A stretch of DNA of 64,000 bases from Candidatus Parcubacteria bacterium (GTDB taxonomy: Bacteria > Patescibacteriota > Minisyncoccia > Phycocordibacterales > JAACPR01): positions 1,252 through 65,251 of the forward strand of contig JBDLUA010000007.1 in NCBI GenBank assembly GCA_039805545.1, given 5' to 3'. A program made the position numbers and the translations under genes. Positions 49,782 through 57,975 of this stretch are shown here, piece after piece (positions within the stretch are counted from its first letter, which is position 1; each line of letters starts with the position of its first letter). Below the pieces are notes generated by a model that saw only the letters and a list, made by a program, of their open reading frames with translations, had not been told where the DNA came from and did not search any database.

Positions 49782-50006
49782 ATGGAATCAAACAAAAGAA
49801 GTAGTGTATTTGGAGTAATGTCATTTATTTTCGGTGTATTTTCTATTTATTTACCTGCCGCAGTGATTTGTTTAATGGCATCAATTCTTTTTGGGGTAAT
49901 TGCGATAAAATCTAAAAGTAAGGCTAAATTAGCAATTTTTGGTATTGTTATTGCTATTATTTCTAATATATTTTTACTAATAACTGCTGGACAAATCACT
50001 GGTTAG
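49782..50006 (+). CDS. Small membrane protein (DUF4190-like)
   Basis: Hydrophobic helices with a basic linker. Confidence 0.55.
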   Translation: MESNKRSSVFGVMSFIFGVFSIYLPAAVICLMASILFGVIAIKSKSKAKLAIFGIVIAIISNIFLLITAGQITG

Positions 50007-50081
50007 AGAGTCGCCTAGTAGTCTTTTCTTTACTGTAGGACACCTTGTATTTACCCTAAAACCGTGGTAATCTAAGCTCCT

Positions 50082-50606
50082 ATGGCTAAAAAAGTAATAG
50101 AATCAGTACAAGATGAAAAAGACATGAAACTCTATGAGTATTCATTCCACCTTGTTCCAAAAATGTCGCAAGAAGACGCAGTGTCGGCATTTACTGATAT
50201 AAAAAATCAAATCACTGCAACAGGAGCCATTATTAAAAACGAGTCAGCTCCTGCATTACTCAATCTTGCATATTCAATGGATCACACAGTTGAATCAGTA
50301 CGATCACATTACAATCAAGCATATTTTGCTTGGGTAGTGTTTGAGGCAACTGGTGACCAAATCAATGCATTAAAAGAAGAAATCAAACACCGAAACGATA
50401 TTATTCGAGATTTGCTCATTACAACAAAGAACGAATCTCCAATTTCATCAGCAGATGTTGCATCAGTTTTGAGTGTAGAAGATAAAAACGCTCCACAAGA
50501 AGCTGAAGTAGAAGTAGTTGAAACAATAGAAGAAACTACTGAAGAAGCTGAAGAATCAGAAGATGATAAAAAAGTAGACGAAGCTATTGATAAGCTCGTT
50601 GAATAG
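50082..50606 (+). CDS. rpsF: 30S ribosomal protein S6 with long acidic tail
   Basis: LYE, LAY, IIRDL motifs; rpsF-ssb-rpsR order. Confidence 0.88.
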   Translation: MAKKVIESVQDEKDMKLYEYSFHLVPKMSQEDAVSAFTDIKNQITATGAIIKNESAPALLNLAYSMDHTVESVRSHYNQAYFAWVVFEATGDQINALKEEIKHRNDIIRDLLITTKNESPISSADVASVLSVEDKNAPQEAEVEVVETIEETTEEAEESEDDKKVDEAIDKLVE

Positions 50607-50667
50607 TTCTAAAGAAAGGATAAAGTTTTTGGTTGACTATTATAAGTCACTTTGAGAACATAAATAT

Positions 50668-51129
50668 ATGTATATAAATAAAGCAATATTAATCGGGAAT
50701 CTCACACGAGATCCTGAGAAGCGAGCATTACCAAACGGTACAATTGTTACTTCACTTGCACTTGCAACCAATCGAGTCTGGAAGGACCGAGATGGCAAAA
50801 AACAAGAAAGTACTGATTATCACAACGTCGTAGTATTTGGACGACCAGCTGAGACAGCTGCACAGTACCTCAAAAAAGGTCAAAGTGTATATGTTGAAGG
50901 TCGAATCCAAACTCGAAGTTGGGATGATAAGGATGGAAGTAAAAAGTATCGAACCGAGATTGTTGCAGATTCTGTACAATTTGGTGCGAAGGCAGGTGGA
51001 ACAGGATCATATGGTTCTGAATCAGCCCCAGCAGATGCTCCAACATCAATTGCGAGTGAACCAGCAGACGTAGGAGGTCAAATAGACTATCCAACAGATG
51101 ACATCAACCCAGAAGATATTCCTTTCTAA
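50668..51129 (+). CDS. ssb: Single-stranded DNA-binding protein
   Basis: NKAILIGNLTRDPE, VEGRIQTRSW, C-terminal EDIPF. Confidence 0.97.
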   Translation: MYINKAILIGNLTRDPEKRALPNGTIVTSLALATNRVWKDRDGKKQESTDYHNVVVFGRPAETAAQYLKKGQSVYVEGRIQTRSWDDKDGSKKYRTEIVADSVQFGAKAGGTGSYGSESAPADAPTSIASEPADVGGQIDYPTDDINPEDIPF

Positions 51130-51151
51130 TTATTAAGATAAAACACACAGT

Positions 51152-51349
51152 ATGAAAGATTATTTTGAAGAAAATCAAATCAAACATATCGACTACAAAG
51201 ATATTTCTGTATTGAGTAAATTCATCAACCCATTCGGACGAATTCTATCTCGAAAACGAACAGGACTTACAGCTAAGAACCAACGAAAACTTGCAAACGC
51301 TATCAAGCGAGCACGATTCATGGGACTTATGCCATATCTTCGAAGTTAA
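51152..51349 (+). CDS. rpsR: 30S ribosomal protein S18, zinc-free type
   Basis: IDYKD, GRILSRKRTG, AIKRAR; no Cys. Confidence 0.96.
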   Translation: MKDYFEENQIKHIDYKDISVLSKFINPFGRILSRKRTGLTAKNQRKLANAIKRARFMGLMPYLRS

Positions 51350-51411
51350 TATAATACAAAAGGCGCGGCCCAAAGGGCCGCACCTTTTGTATTATTTGGT
51401 ATACTTATTTC

Positions 51412-51777
51412 ATGATACGAACAAAAAAAGGAAAAATTAAAGCACTTATACAAGCAGGGGTGATTATGTTCTTTGGACTTATACTTTTTAAATTAATACC
51501 AATGGAAATCTTTGGAAGAGATATTAAATTTGATGCTTCTGCACATATAACTATTAGTATGTTTGTTTTGTATGTACTCTGGTTTTTTATTGATCAAAAT
51601 AAATCTTGGAGAGTTGCGTATTTTATTTTTGCATTGGTTGTTCTTACAGTAGTCTCGGTACAAAGAATTCTCATGAATGCGCATAATGATATTGGTTTAC
51701 TCGGAGGGTTGTTGCTCTCCTTGATTGCGATTATGTATTCTCAAAGAAACTACTTTAAAGATAAATTTAAATTTTAA
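51412..51777 (+). CDS. Hypothetical 4-TM membrane protein
   Basis: Hydrophobic; SAH and R..AH..D motifs are weakly PAP2-like. Confidence 0.6.
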   Translation: MIRTKKGKIKALIQAGVIMFFGLILFKLIPMEIFGRDIKFDASAHITISMFVLYVLWFFIDQNKSWRVAYFIFALVVLTVVSVQRILMNAHNDIGLLGGLLLSLIAIMYSQRNYFKDKFKF

Positions 51778-51824
51778 ATTTAAAATAAAAGGCGGCCCCG
51801 CAGGGGCCGCCTTTTATTTTCTAA

Positions 51825-52409
51825 CTAGGCTCGTTCTACGTATATATTTTCAGCTGTATTCACAACAATACTATCACCCTCATTCACAAAAAGAGGAGTA
51901 GTAATCATTGCACCTGTTTCTATTTTTACAAGCTTGTCTCCACCTTGAGCTGTATTTCCTCGTACTGCAGGAGGGGCTTCAACAACTTTAAATGTCATTT
52001 TAATTGGAAGAGTGATACCAATTACTTCATCATTATAAAGAAGTGCATCTACTTCGCAGTTTTCTTTCAGATACTTTGTTGCATCTCCAAGAAGGTCTTT
52101 CATTAGACATGCTCGATTTGCTCGTTTGTCTCGATCAAAGAACCAGTATTCATCAACTCCTGTTTGACGATTACTTTTTACAAAAGAAAAAACATATTTC
52201 TTTTTTGCAAGATCTGCTTCTTCTGCGGTATCTTGAACATGAAATGTCTCTTGTCGAACCGAACCATTAATAAGATTTCGAAGCTTTGTTTGGTTAACAG
52301 GCTTTCGCTGTTGTTTTCTAAATACATGAGCATCAAGTACTTCATAGGGATCTCCATCGAGTACAATATATTTTCGCTCTTTTATTTCATTGTAATTTAA
52401 TATCGCCAT
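51825..52409 (-). CDS. efp: Elongation factor P
   Basis: PPAVRGNTA, ETG..TPLFVNEGD, YVERA; atypical tip loop. Confidence 0.92.
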   Translation of the reverse strand: MAILNYNEIKERKYIVLDGDPYEVLDAHVFRKQQRKPVNQTKLRNLINGSVRQETFHVQDTAEEADLAKKKYVFSFVKSNRQTGVDEYWFFDRDKRANRACLMKDLLGDATKYLKENCEVDALLYNDEVIGITLPIKMTFKVVEAPPAVRGNTAQGGDKLVKIETGAMITTPLFVNEGDSIVVNTAENIYVERA

Positions 52410-52455
52410 AGTCTCCCCATACTAACAAAATATGTTCAAAAGGGAAGGGGAAATA

Positions 52456-53478
52456 TTATTCTTTTGCAGCCTCTTCTTTAAATTTTTTCTTAATCAAGTC
52501 AAGCACTTCTTTTGTTACTTTTGGATTTTCTTTAAGGAATGTTCGTGTTGCATCATATCCTCGTCCAAGTTTTACTTCACCAAATGCATATGATGCTCCA
52601 GATTTTTGAATGATGTCATATTTTTCTCCGAGAGCAATGATTTCTCCTTCTTTTGAAATACCTTCGTTGTACATCAAGTCAAACTCAGTAACTTTAAATG
52701 GAGCCGCCACCTTATTTTTTACAACTTTGATTCGACATCGTCCTCCCATAATCTCTTCTCCTTTTTTGATTTGAGCAATTCTTCTAATATCAAGTCGAAC
52801 AGAAGTATAGAACTTAAGGGCCTTTCCTCCCGGAGTAGTTTCTGGATTACCAAACATTACACCAATTTGCATTCGAATTTGGTTGATAAAGATTACAACC
52901 GTCTTACTCTTCGATGTGATTCCTGTGAGCTTTCGGAGAGCCTGTGACATAAGTCGGGCTTGTTTACCTACATGGTGTGCTCCCATTTCTCCTTCAATCT
53001 CGTCTTTTGGAGTGAGAGCAGCAACTGAGTCGATTACAATTACATCCATTTTTCCACTTCGAACTAGACTCTCAACAATTTCAAGTGCTTGTTCTCCTGT
53101 ATCGGGTTGTGAAATAAGAAGTTCATCGAGCTTTACTCCGAGTCGTTTTGCGTATTCTGGATCAAGTGCATGTTCTGCATCAATAAATGCACAAATACCG
53201 CCTTTTTTTTGTGCTTCTGCAATGGCATGAAGGGTGAGGGTAGTCTTACCTGATGATTCTGGACCAAATACTTCAATGATTCGTCCTCGAGGGTATCCTC
53301 CTACACCAAGTGCCTCGTCAAGACCTATCGAGCCAGATGGAATTGCATCGACGTTTGTTTTTGGTCGATCCCCAAGTTTCATAATTGCTTCTTCTCCAAA
53401 TTTTGATTTTATTTCTTTAAGTGTATCTTCAATTGAACTGTCTGATGTTACTGTTGGTTTTGTTTTTTTCTTTGCCAT
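52456..53478 (-). CDS. recA: Recombinase RecA
   Basis: [35 protein letters not shown]. Confidence 0.99.
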   Translation of the reverse strand: MAKKKTKPTVTSDSSIEDTLKEIKSKFGEEAIMKLGDRPKTNVDAIPSGSIGLDEALGVGGYPRGRIIEVFGPESSGKTTLTLHAIAEAQKKGGICAFIDAEHALDPEYAKRLGVKLDELLISQPDTGEQALEIVESLVRSGKMDVIVIDSVAALTPKDEIEGEMGAHHVGKQARLMSQALRKLTGITSKSKTVVIFINQIRMQIGVMFGNPETTPGGKALKFYTSVRLDIRRIAQIKKGEEIMGGRCRIKVVKNKVAAPFKVTEFDLMYNEGISKEGEIIALGEKYDIIQKSGASYAFGEVKLGRGYDATRTFLKENPKVTKEVLDLIKKKFKEEAAKE

Positions 53479-53549
53479 GTTCTTTACTATTACATATCTG
53501 TCTAATAATTCTATAAAAAAATTCTAAAATCCGGTTGAAGATGGAATAC

Positions 53550-53614
53550 CGTCATCCTCGCGTATGCGAGGATCCAGAAATAATCACTGGATTCCCGCCT
53601 TCGCGGGAATGACG
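53550..53614. repeat. REP-like inverted doublet, copy C
   Basis: Second unit forms the last codons (VIPAKAGIQ) of the 53584-54099 CDS. Confidence 0.88.
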
Positions 53615-54099
53615 TTTTCCGAAGTTGAAGTTGCTGTATCTGTATTTGTTGATTCAGATTCTTCCATTTCTTCAATTGTTGAAGATGCGGATAGGGTACG
53701 AAGAGCTATTTGTTCGATTTGTTCTGTAGAGCTTGAAGTATCTTCTCCAGTGTAAACTACATCAATTTTTTTTCGAACTTCTTTACCAAATTTATCTCTG
53801 GCATATATATCAATTATACTTACTCCATTCGAAAGGAGCAATTTTTCATTGAAATTACCAAATTCATCAACAAGAATTGGTCGATTATTAATTGTTATAT
53901 AAGAAGAGTGAGTGGCGATGCCTTGAAGAGAGAAGTCTTTTGATGTTGTCTCTATGACCTCTTTGTCTTCTTCAAGACCTGCAATTGCGATCTCCGGACC
54001 TCTTAATATGAACCTGCTATTAAACAATCCATAACTAATCAAAAAAAGTATAGCGATAGAAAGAATCAATTTTTGAGGTGTAATGGTGTTGCTGGGCAT
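53584..54099 (-). CDS. Membrane-anchored small Ig-like protein
   Basis: N-terminal TM, ITINN..GNF..LSNGVSII.I.ARDKFG pattern. Confidence 0.7.
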   Translation of the reverse strand: MPSNTITPQKLILSIAILFLISYGLFNSRFILRGPEIAIAGLEEDKEVIETTSKDFSLQGIATHSSYITINNRPILVDEFGNFNEKLLLSNGVSIIDIYARDKFGKEVRKKIDVVYTGEDTSSSTEQIEQIALRTLSASSTIEEMEESESTNTDTATSTSENVIPAKAGIQ

Positions 54100-54101
54100 A
54101 C

Positions 54102-56315
54102 TTACATTTGGTTAAGGGCTTTTTGATTATCTTCTGGTGTATATTCGTTCAGACCTGATTCTGTAGATCTTCCAACGAGAACTTCCCGAGGTTTTGAACC
54201 ATTTTCAGGACCTACAACTCCTTGTTCTTCAAGTTGGTCCATAAGTCTGGCTGCTCGTGCATATCCTACACCAAGCTTTCGTTGAATGTAAGAGGTGCTT
54301 CCTTTTCCTGCTGCGACAACAGCTGCTTTTGCTTCTTCAAACATATCATCCAGATCTTCATTTGAACTTCCTCCATCAAGAGAATCAATAATAGATGCGA
54401 CTCCTGATTGTTCTTCTAGTTTAAGATCGGACACACCTCCTTCATAGTTATTTGCGAGCCATTCTACTACCTTTTTAACTTCTCCTTCAGAAATAAATGC
54501 TGACTGTACTCGAATAGGTTTGGCCATATCTCCTGACATAAAGAGCATATCTCCTGCTCCAAGAAGTTTTTCGGCACCCGGCATATCAAGAATTGTTCGT
54601 GAATCGATTTGAGATGCTACTTGAAGGGCAAGTCGGGTAGGAACGTTTGCTTTGATAAGTCCTGTAATAACATTTACAGAAGGTCTTTGTGTAGAAAGAA
54701 TAAGGTGAATACCAACTGCTCGTGACATTTGAGCAAGTCGTACAATTGCAGATTCAAGTTCTCGAGGGTATGCCTGCATGATATCTGCCAACTCATCGAT
54801 AATTACTACTATATAGGGCATTGCAGGTGGCATTTGGTCTGCATCAATTACTTTATTTTTTACACTATCAATAGCAGGTTTTACTACAGAATCTTGATAA
54901 GACTTAATATCTCGTACTGCATATTTTTCAAGAATTTCATATCGCCGTTCCATTTCTTTTGCTGCCCATTTAAGAGAAAGAATAGCTTTCTTTGCATCTG
55001 TGATTACATTTGTAAGGAGGTGAGGAATTTTATTATAAAGAGTAAGTTCTACTCGCTTAGGGTCAATCATAATAAATTTGAGATCATCAGGAGAGTTTCG
55101 GTAGAGAAGGGAAGTAAGGATTGCATGAATTGTTACAGATTTACCAGAACCAGTTGCTCCAGCAATAAGCATGTGTGGCATCTTTGCAACATCACTAAAC
55201 ACCGCTTGTCCTGTGATCCCTTTTCCAAGACATACAAGAAGGGGTTTCTCCATATTATTAAATTGAGCATTATCAAACATTGAACCAAGACCCACTTTTG
55301 TTTTTTGAGTGTTTGGAATCTCAATACCTACAAGTGACTTACCTGGGATAGGCGCTTCGATTCGAAGAGGGTGAGCAGCAAGAGCAAGAGAGAGGTCGTT
55401 TTGAAGACCTACTATTTTATTAATCTTAACTCCTTCTGCTGGTTTGAGAGCATATCGAGTTACAGACGGTCCTATTGATACTTCATCCATTTCAACTTCG
55501 ATACCAAAGTTGAAGAGTGTTCTCTTAATGATGTTTGCATTAGCTTTGATGTCTCCTACACCAGGCTTACCTGAATCCTTTTCAAGGAGTGAAAGCGGAG
55601 GGGGAGTAAATTCTTTTCCTGATACTGAACCAGGGAAGAATACAAGTCCACTCGACTTCTTTGGTGACATGTCCTCATCTTCTTCAAGGTCCGGTTTTTT
55701 AACTGGTTCTGGTTTTGGTTCAGGTTTTTCTGGAGGATTCTTTGAATCATTTTCAAGAGGGATATTTGTCTTTATATCATTAGTCTCTGTAAATACCTTT
55801 GCTTCTTTTGTGGGTTCGTTAGATAGAATTTCTTCTTTTGGTTTTCGGGTAAATTTAATCTTTGCATCAAGCATCACTATTACAGAGATGATAATAAGTC
55901 CAAGAGTAAAGAATAGACTTGCCCAAAAATCAAACATGCCAAGAAGGGGTTTTGCAATAATAGATCCTACTGCACCACCTTTAGTTGAAAGAAGACTTAC
56001 GAAGGCTAATCCTGATACAAAAAGTATTACAGATGCAATTACTTTTGGTGTAGCAAAATTATTTCGAATTTCTTTAAGGAATGATATTCCAAGAGTAATA
56101 AGTACGAGAGGGATAAGAAAGTATCCAATTCCAAAAAGGAAAGAGAACCCTGCGTATATTTTTTCTCCGACAACGCCTCCTTTATTGAGTGATGCAAGAA
56201 GAAGAAATACTGAGGTCAAAAAGAAAACAATAGCCCAAATAGTCTCAAGAGTCTCTTCTTTTAAGTGTCGTATTTTTTCTTCTTTTTCTATATCAATTTT
56301 CTTTTTTCGTCCCAT
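54102..56315 (-). CDS. ftsK: DNA translocase FtsK/SpoIIIE
   Basis: 4 TM, GATGSGKS, IDELAD, TQRPS, GAEKLLGAGDML, gamma domain. Confidence 0.96.
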   Translation of the reverse strand: MGRKKKIDIEKEEKIRHLKEETLETIWAIVFFLTSVFLLLASLNKGGVVGEKIYAGFSFLFGIGYFLIPLVLITLGISFLKEIRNNFATPKVIASVILFVSGLAFVSLLSTKGGAVGSIIAKPLLGMFDFWASLFFTLGLIIISVIVMLDAKIKFTRKPKEEILSNEPTKEAKVFTETNDIKTNIPLENDSKNPPEKPEPKPEPVKKPDLEEDEDMSPKKSSGLVFFPGSVSGKEFTPPPLSLLEKDSGKPGVGDIKANANIIKRTLFNFGIEVEMDEVSIGPSVTRYALKPAEGVKINKIVGLQNDLSLALAAHPLRIEAPIPGKSLVGIEIPNTQKTKVGLGSMFDNAQFNNMEKPLLVCLGKGITGQAVFSDVAKMPHMLIAGATGSGKSVTIHAILTSLLYRNSPDDLKFIMIDPKRVELTLYNKIPHLLTNVITDAKKAILSLKWAAKEMERRYEILEKYAVRDIKSYQDSVVKPAIDSVKNKVIDADQMPPAMPYIVVIIDELADIMQAYPRELESAIVRLAQMSRAVGIHLILSTQRPSVNVITGLIKANVPTRLALQVASQIDSRTILDMPGAEKLLGAGDMLFMSGDMAKPIRVQSAFISEGEVKKVVEWLANNYEGGVSDLKLEEQSGVASIIDSLDGGSSNEDLDDMFEEAKAAVVAAGKGSTSYIQRKLGVGYARAARLMDQLEEQGVVGPENGSKPREVLVGRSTESGLNEYTPEDNQKALNQM

Positions 56316-56357
56316 TTGTTTTTCTTTTAATAATTGCTTTACGAATGCGCTTTTGCG

Positions 56358-56436
56358 ACGTCATCCTCGCGAAGGCGAGGATCCAGGATTACATAACATC
56401 TATCGTGCCTGGATTCCTGCCTCCGCAGGAATGACA
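56358..56436. repeat. REP-like inverted doublet, copy D
   Basis: Two inverted family units upstream of ftsK. Confidence 0.88.
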
Positions 56437-56477
56437 ACATTCTCGCCCCTTTTATAATACCTTTATTTTAACACACC

Positions 56478-56486
56478 TGTGGATAA
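56478..56486 (-). promoter_or_regulatory. Consensus DnaA box
   Basis: TGTGGATAA, the reverse complement of TTATCCACA; a second perfect box at 56988-56996. Confidence 0.45.
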
Positions 56487-56603
56487 ATATCCTTACTGTA
56501 TAAAGCTCAAATATAAAAGACTGTCCTATATTTGCTTTATTTTTTAAAAAGAGATAATGTCCTATATATAGGAGATATTTCTATAAAAGACATATAAGAA
56601 TAT

Positions 56604-57404
56604 ATGAATAAAGGACATACCGAAGAAGATAAATATATTGCCAATAAGTTCAATGAATACAAGGAATTTATAAAGGACAAACAAGTATCTTTTGTAATTA
56701 AAAAAACAGAACGCATTGTGTACGGTGTGTACATGCTTTCTCGATTTGTTCCCACCGAAGATGTTCTCAATCAAGATCTCAAAAAGACCTCACATCTCCT
56801 CCTTGAGGCTGTATCGCAATTTGTAACTAAGACTGCAATCGAAGAAGGTGATATTAATAGGGTACATTCGTATCTACAATATTTAAGTTCACTACTCTCC
56901 CTTTCTTTTATCTCTGGATATATATCTGGTTCCAATATAGAGATTATGAAGAATGAGATAAATTACCTTCATAAGCACATAGAAGAGTTATCCACATCCT
57001 CTGCAAGTGAATTAGGTCAACTTCACATTAAATCTGACATGTTTGTAATCCAGCATCACAAGCAACCTAAGGTAGCGGAAGAAAAAATGTCTTTTAAACA
57101 GGTCAGACCTAGTTCAATCATTAAAAAAGATACTCCCAAAATGTCTTTTAAATCGGTCGGAGCGAATTCGCTCCGACCAAGCAAAGAGAAGGGTGTTTCA
57201 CAGTCAAATGACTCTAAAGACACAAGAGAAACAAGGGTGCTCGATGTCATTCGAGATAAGGGTATTGTTTCTATAAAAGACATATCAACTGTGATATTCG
57301 ATGTAAGTGAGAAGACTATCCAGAGAACCCTCCAAACCCTCATTGATAAAGGACAAATTAAAAAAGAAGGAGAACGAAGATGGGCAAAATACCAACTTAT
57401 CTAG
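56604..57404 (+). CDS. Helical N-domain plus C-terminal DeoR-like winged HTH protein
   Basis: VSIKDI..VSEKTIQRTL..L...G.IKKEGERRW. Confidence 0.8.
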   Translation: MNKGHTEEDKYIANKFNEYKEFIKDKQVSFVIKKTERIVYGVYMLSRFVPTEDVLNQDLKKTSHLLLEAVSQFVTKTAIEEGDINRVHSYLQYLSSLLSLSFISGYISGSNIEIMKNEINYLHKHIEELSTSSASELGQLHIKSDMFVIQHHKQPKVAEEKMSFKQVRPSSIIKKDTPKMSFKSVGANSLRPSKEKGVSQSNDSKDTRETRVLDVIRDKGIVSIKDISTVIFDVSEKTIQRTLQTLIDKGQIKKEGERRWAKYQLI

Positions 57405-57450
57405 CGTAGTTTAACTGCGCGTAGTTTAACTGAGGCAGTTGTTGATTTTA

Positions 57451-57975
57451 TTGACTATTTTGCTCTAAAAAGGTACTATATATGTTGTGGCGAACTCCGT
57501 ATGGAGTTTTCCACTACCTTTATATATACGTATATAAAGGATCCTGGAAGATATATATTCGGCTCGATTGATCATTGAAAACTTAATATGCAGTATGACA
57601 CTTGGTGTCATGACATGCACTGATAGTCTCAATTGATAAGAGATCCGTTATCTCTAGGTTATTCCGCGCGATTTATTCTGACTTGGTTAGATAAAGAGAG
57701 AACGCAGACCTAAAATCTTGAAGCTAATCTTACATATTTTCTTCCGAAGTGTGTAAGTTGGTGAATATACTGATTTGCATTGCACAGGCGTGCAAATCAA
57801 CTTGCTTCGGTTAAGCAAGGGTTGTGGGGTACGTCCACAGCCAAAACTAAAAAACGATTTAAATTGTACCGACAGTTTGAATTAATAATTAATTATTAAT
57901 TTTATCAGGACGATAGGTAGGGTTTTTAATATAACTACCTTGTCTATCTGACTAATCAAAAATTATCAAACATAT
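57451..57975 (+). promoter_or_regulatory. Promoter plus ~490-nt structured 5' leader
   Basis: TTGACT-17-TACTAT, about ten hairpins, boxA-like TGATCATTGAAAACT at 57569-57583. Confidence 0.65.

Noticed and set aside
55444-56457. 337-aa plus-strand ORF
   Set aside because: Antisense shadow of ftsK extended through a REP repeat; the same applies to most short overlapping ORFs in the track
57484-57975. RNase P RNA, tmRNA or group I/II intron
   Set aside because: No GAGGAAAGUCC motif, no tRNA-like ends and no intron core motifs visible
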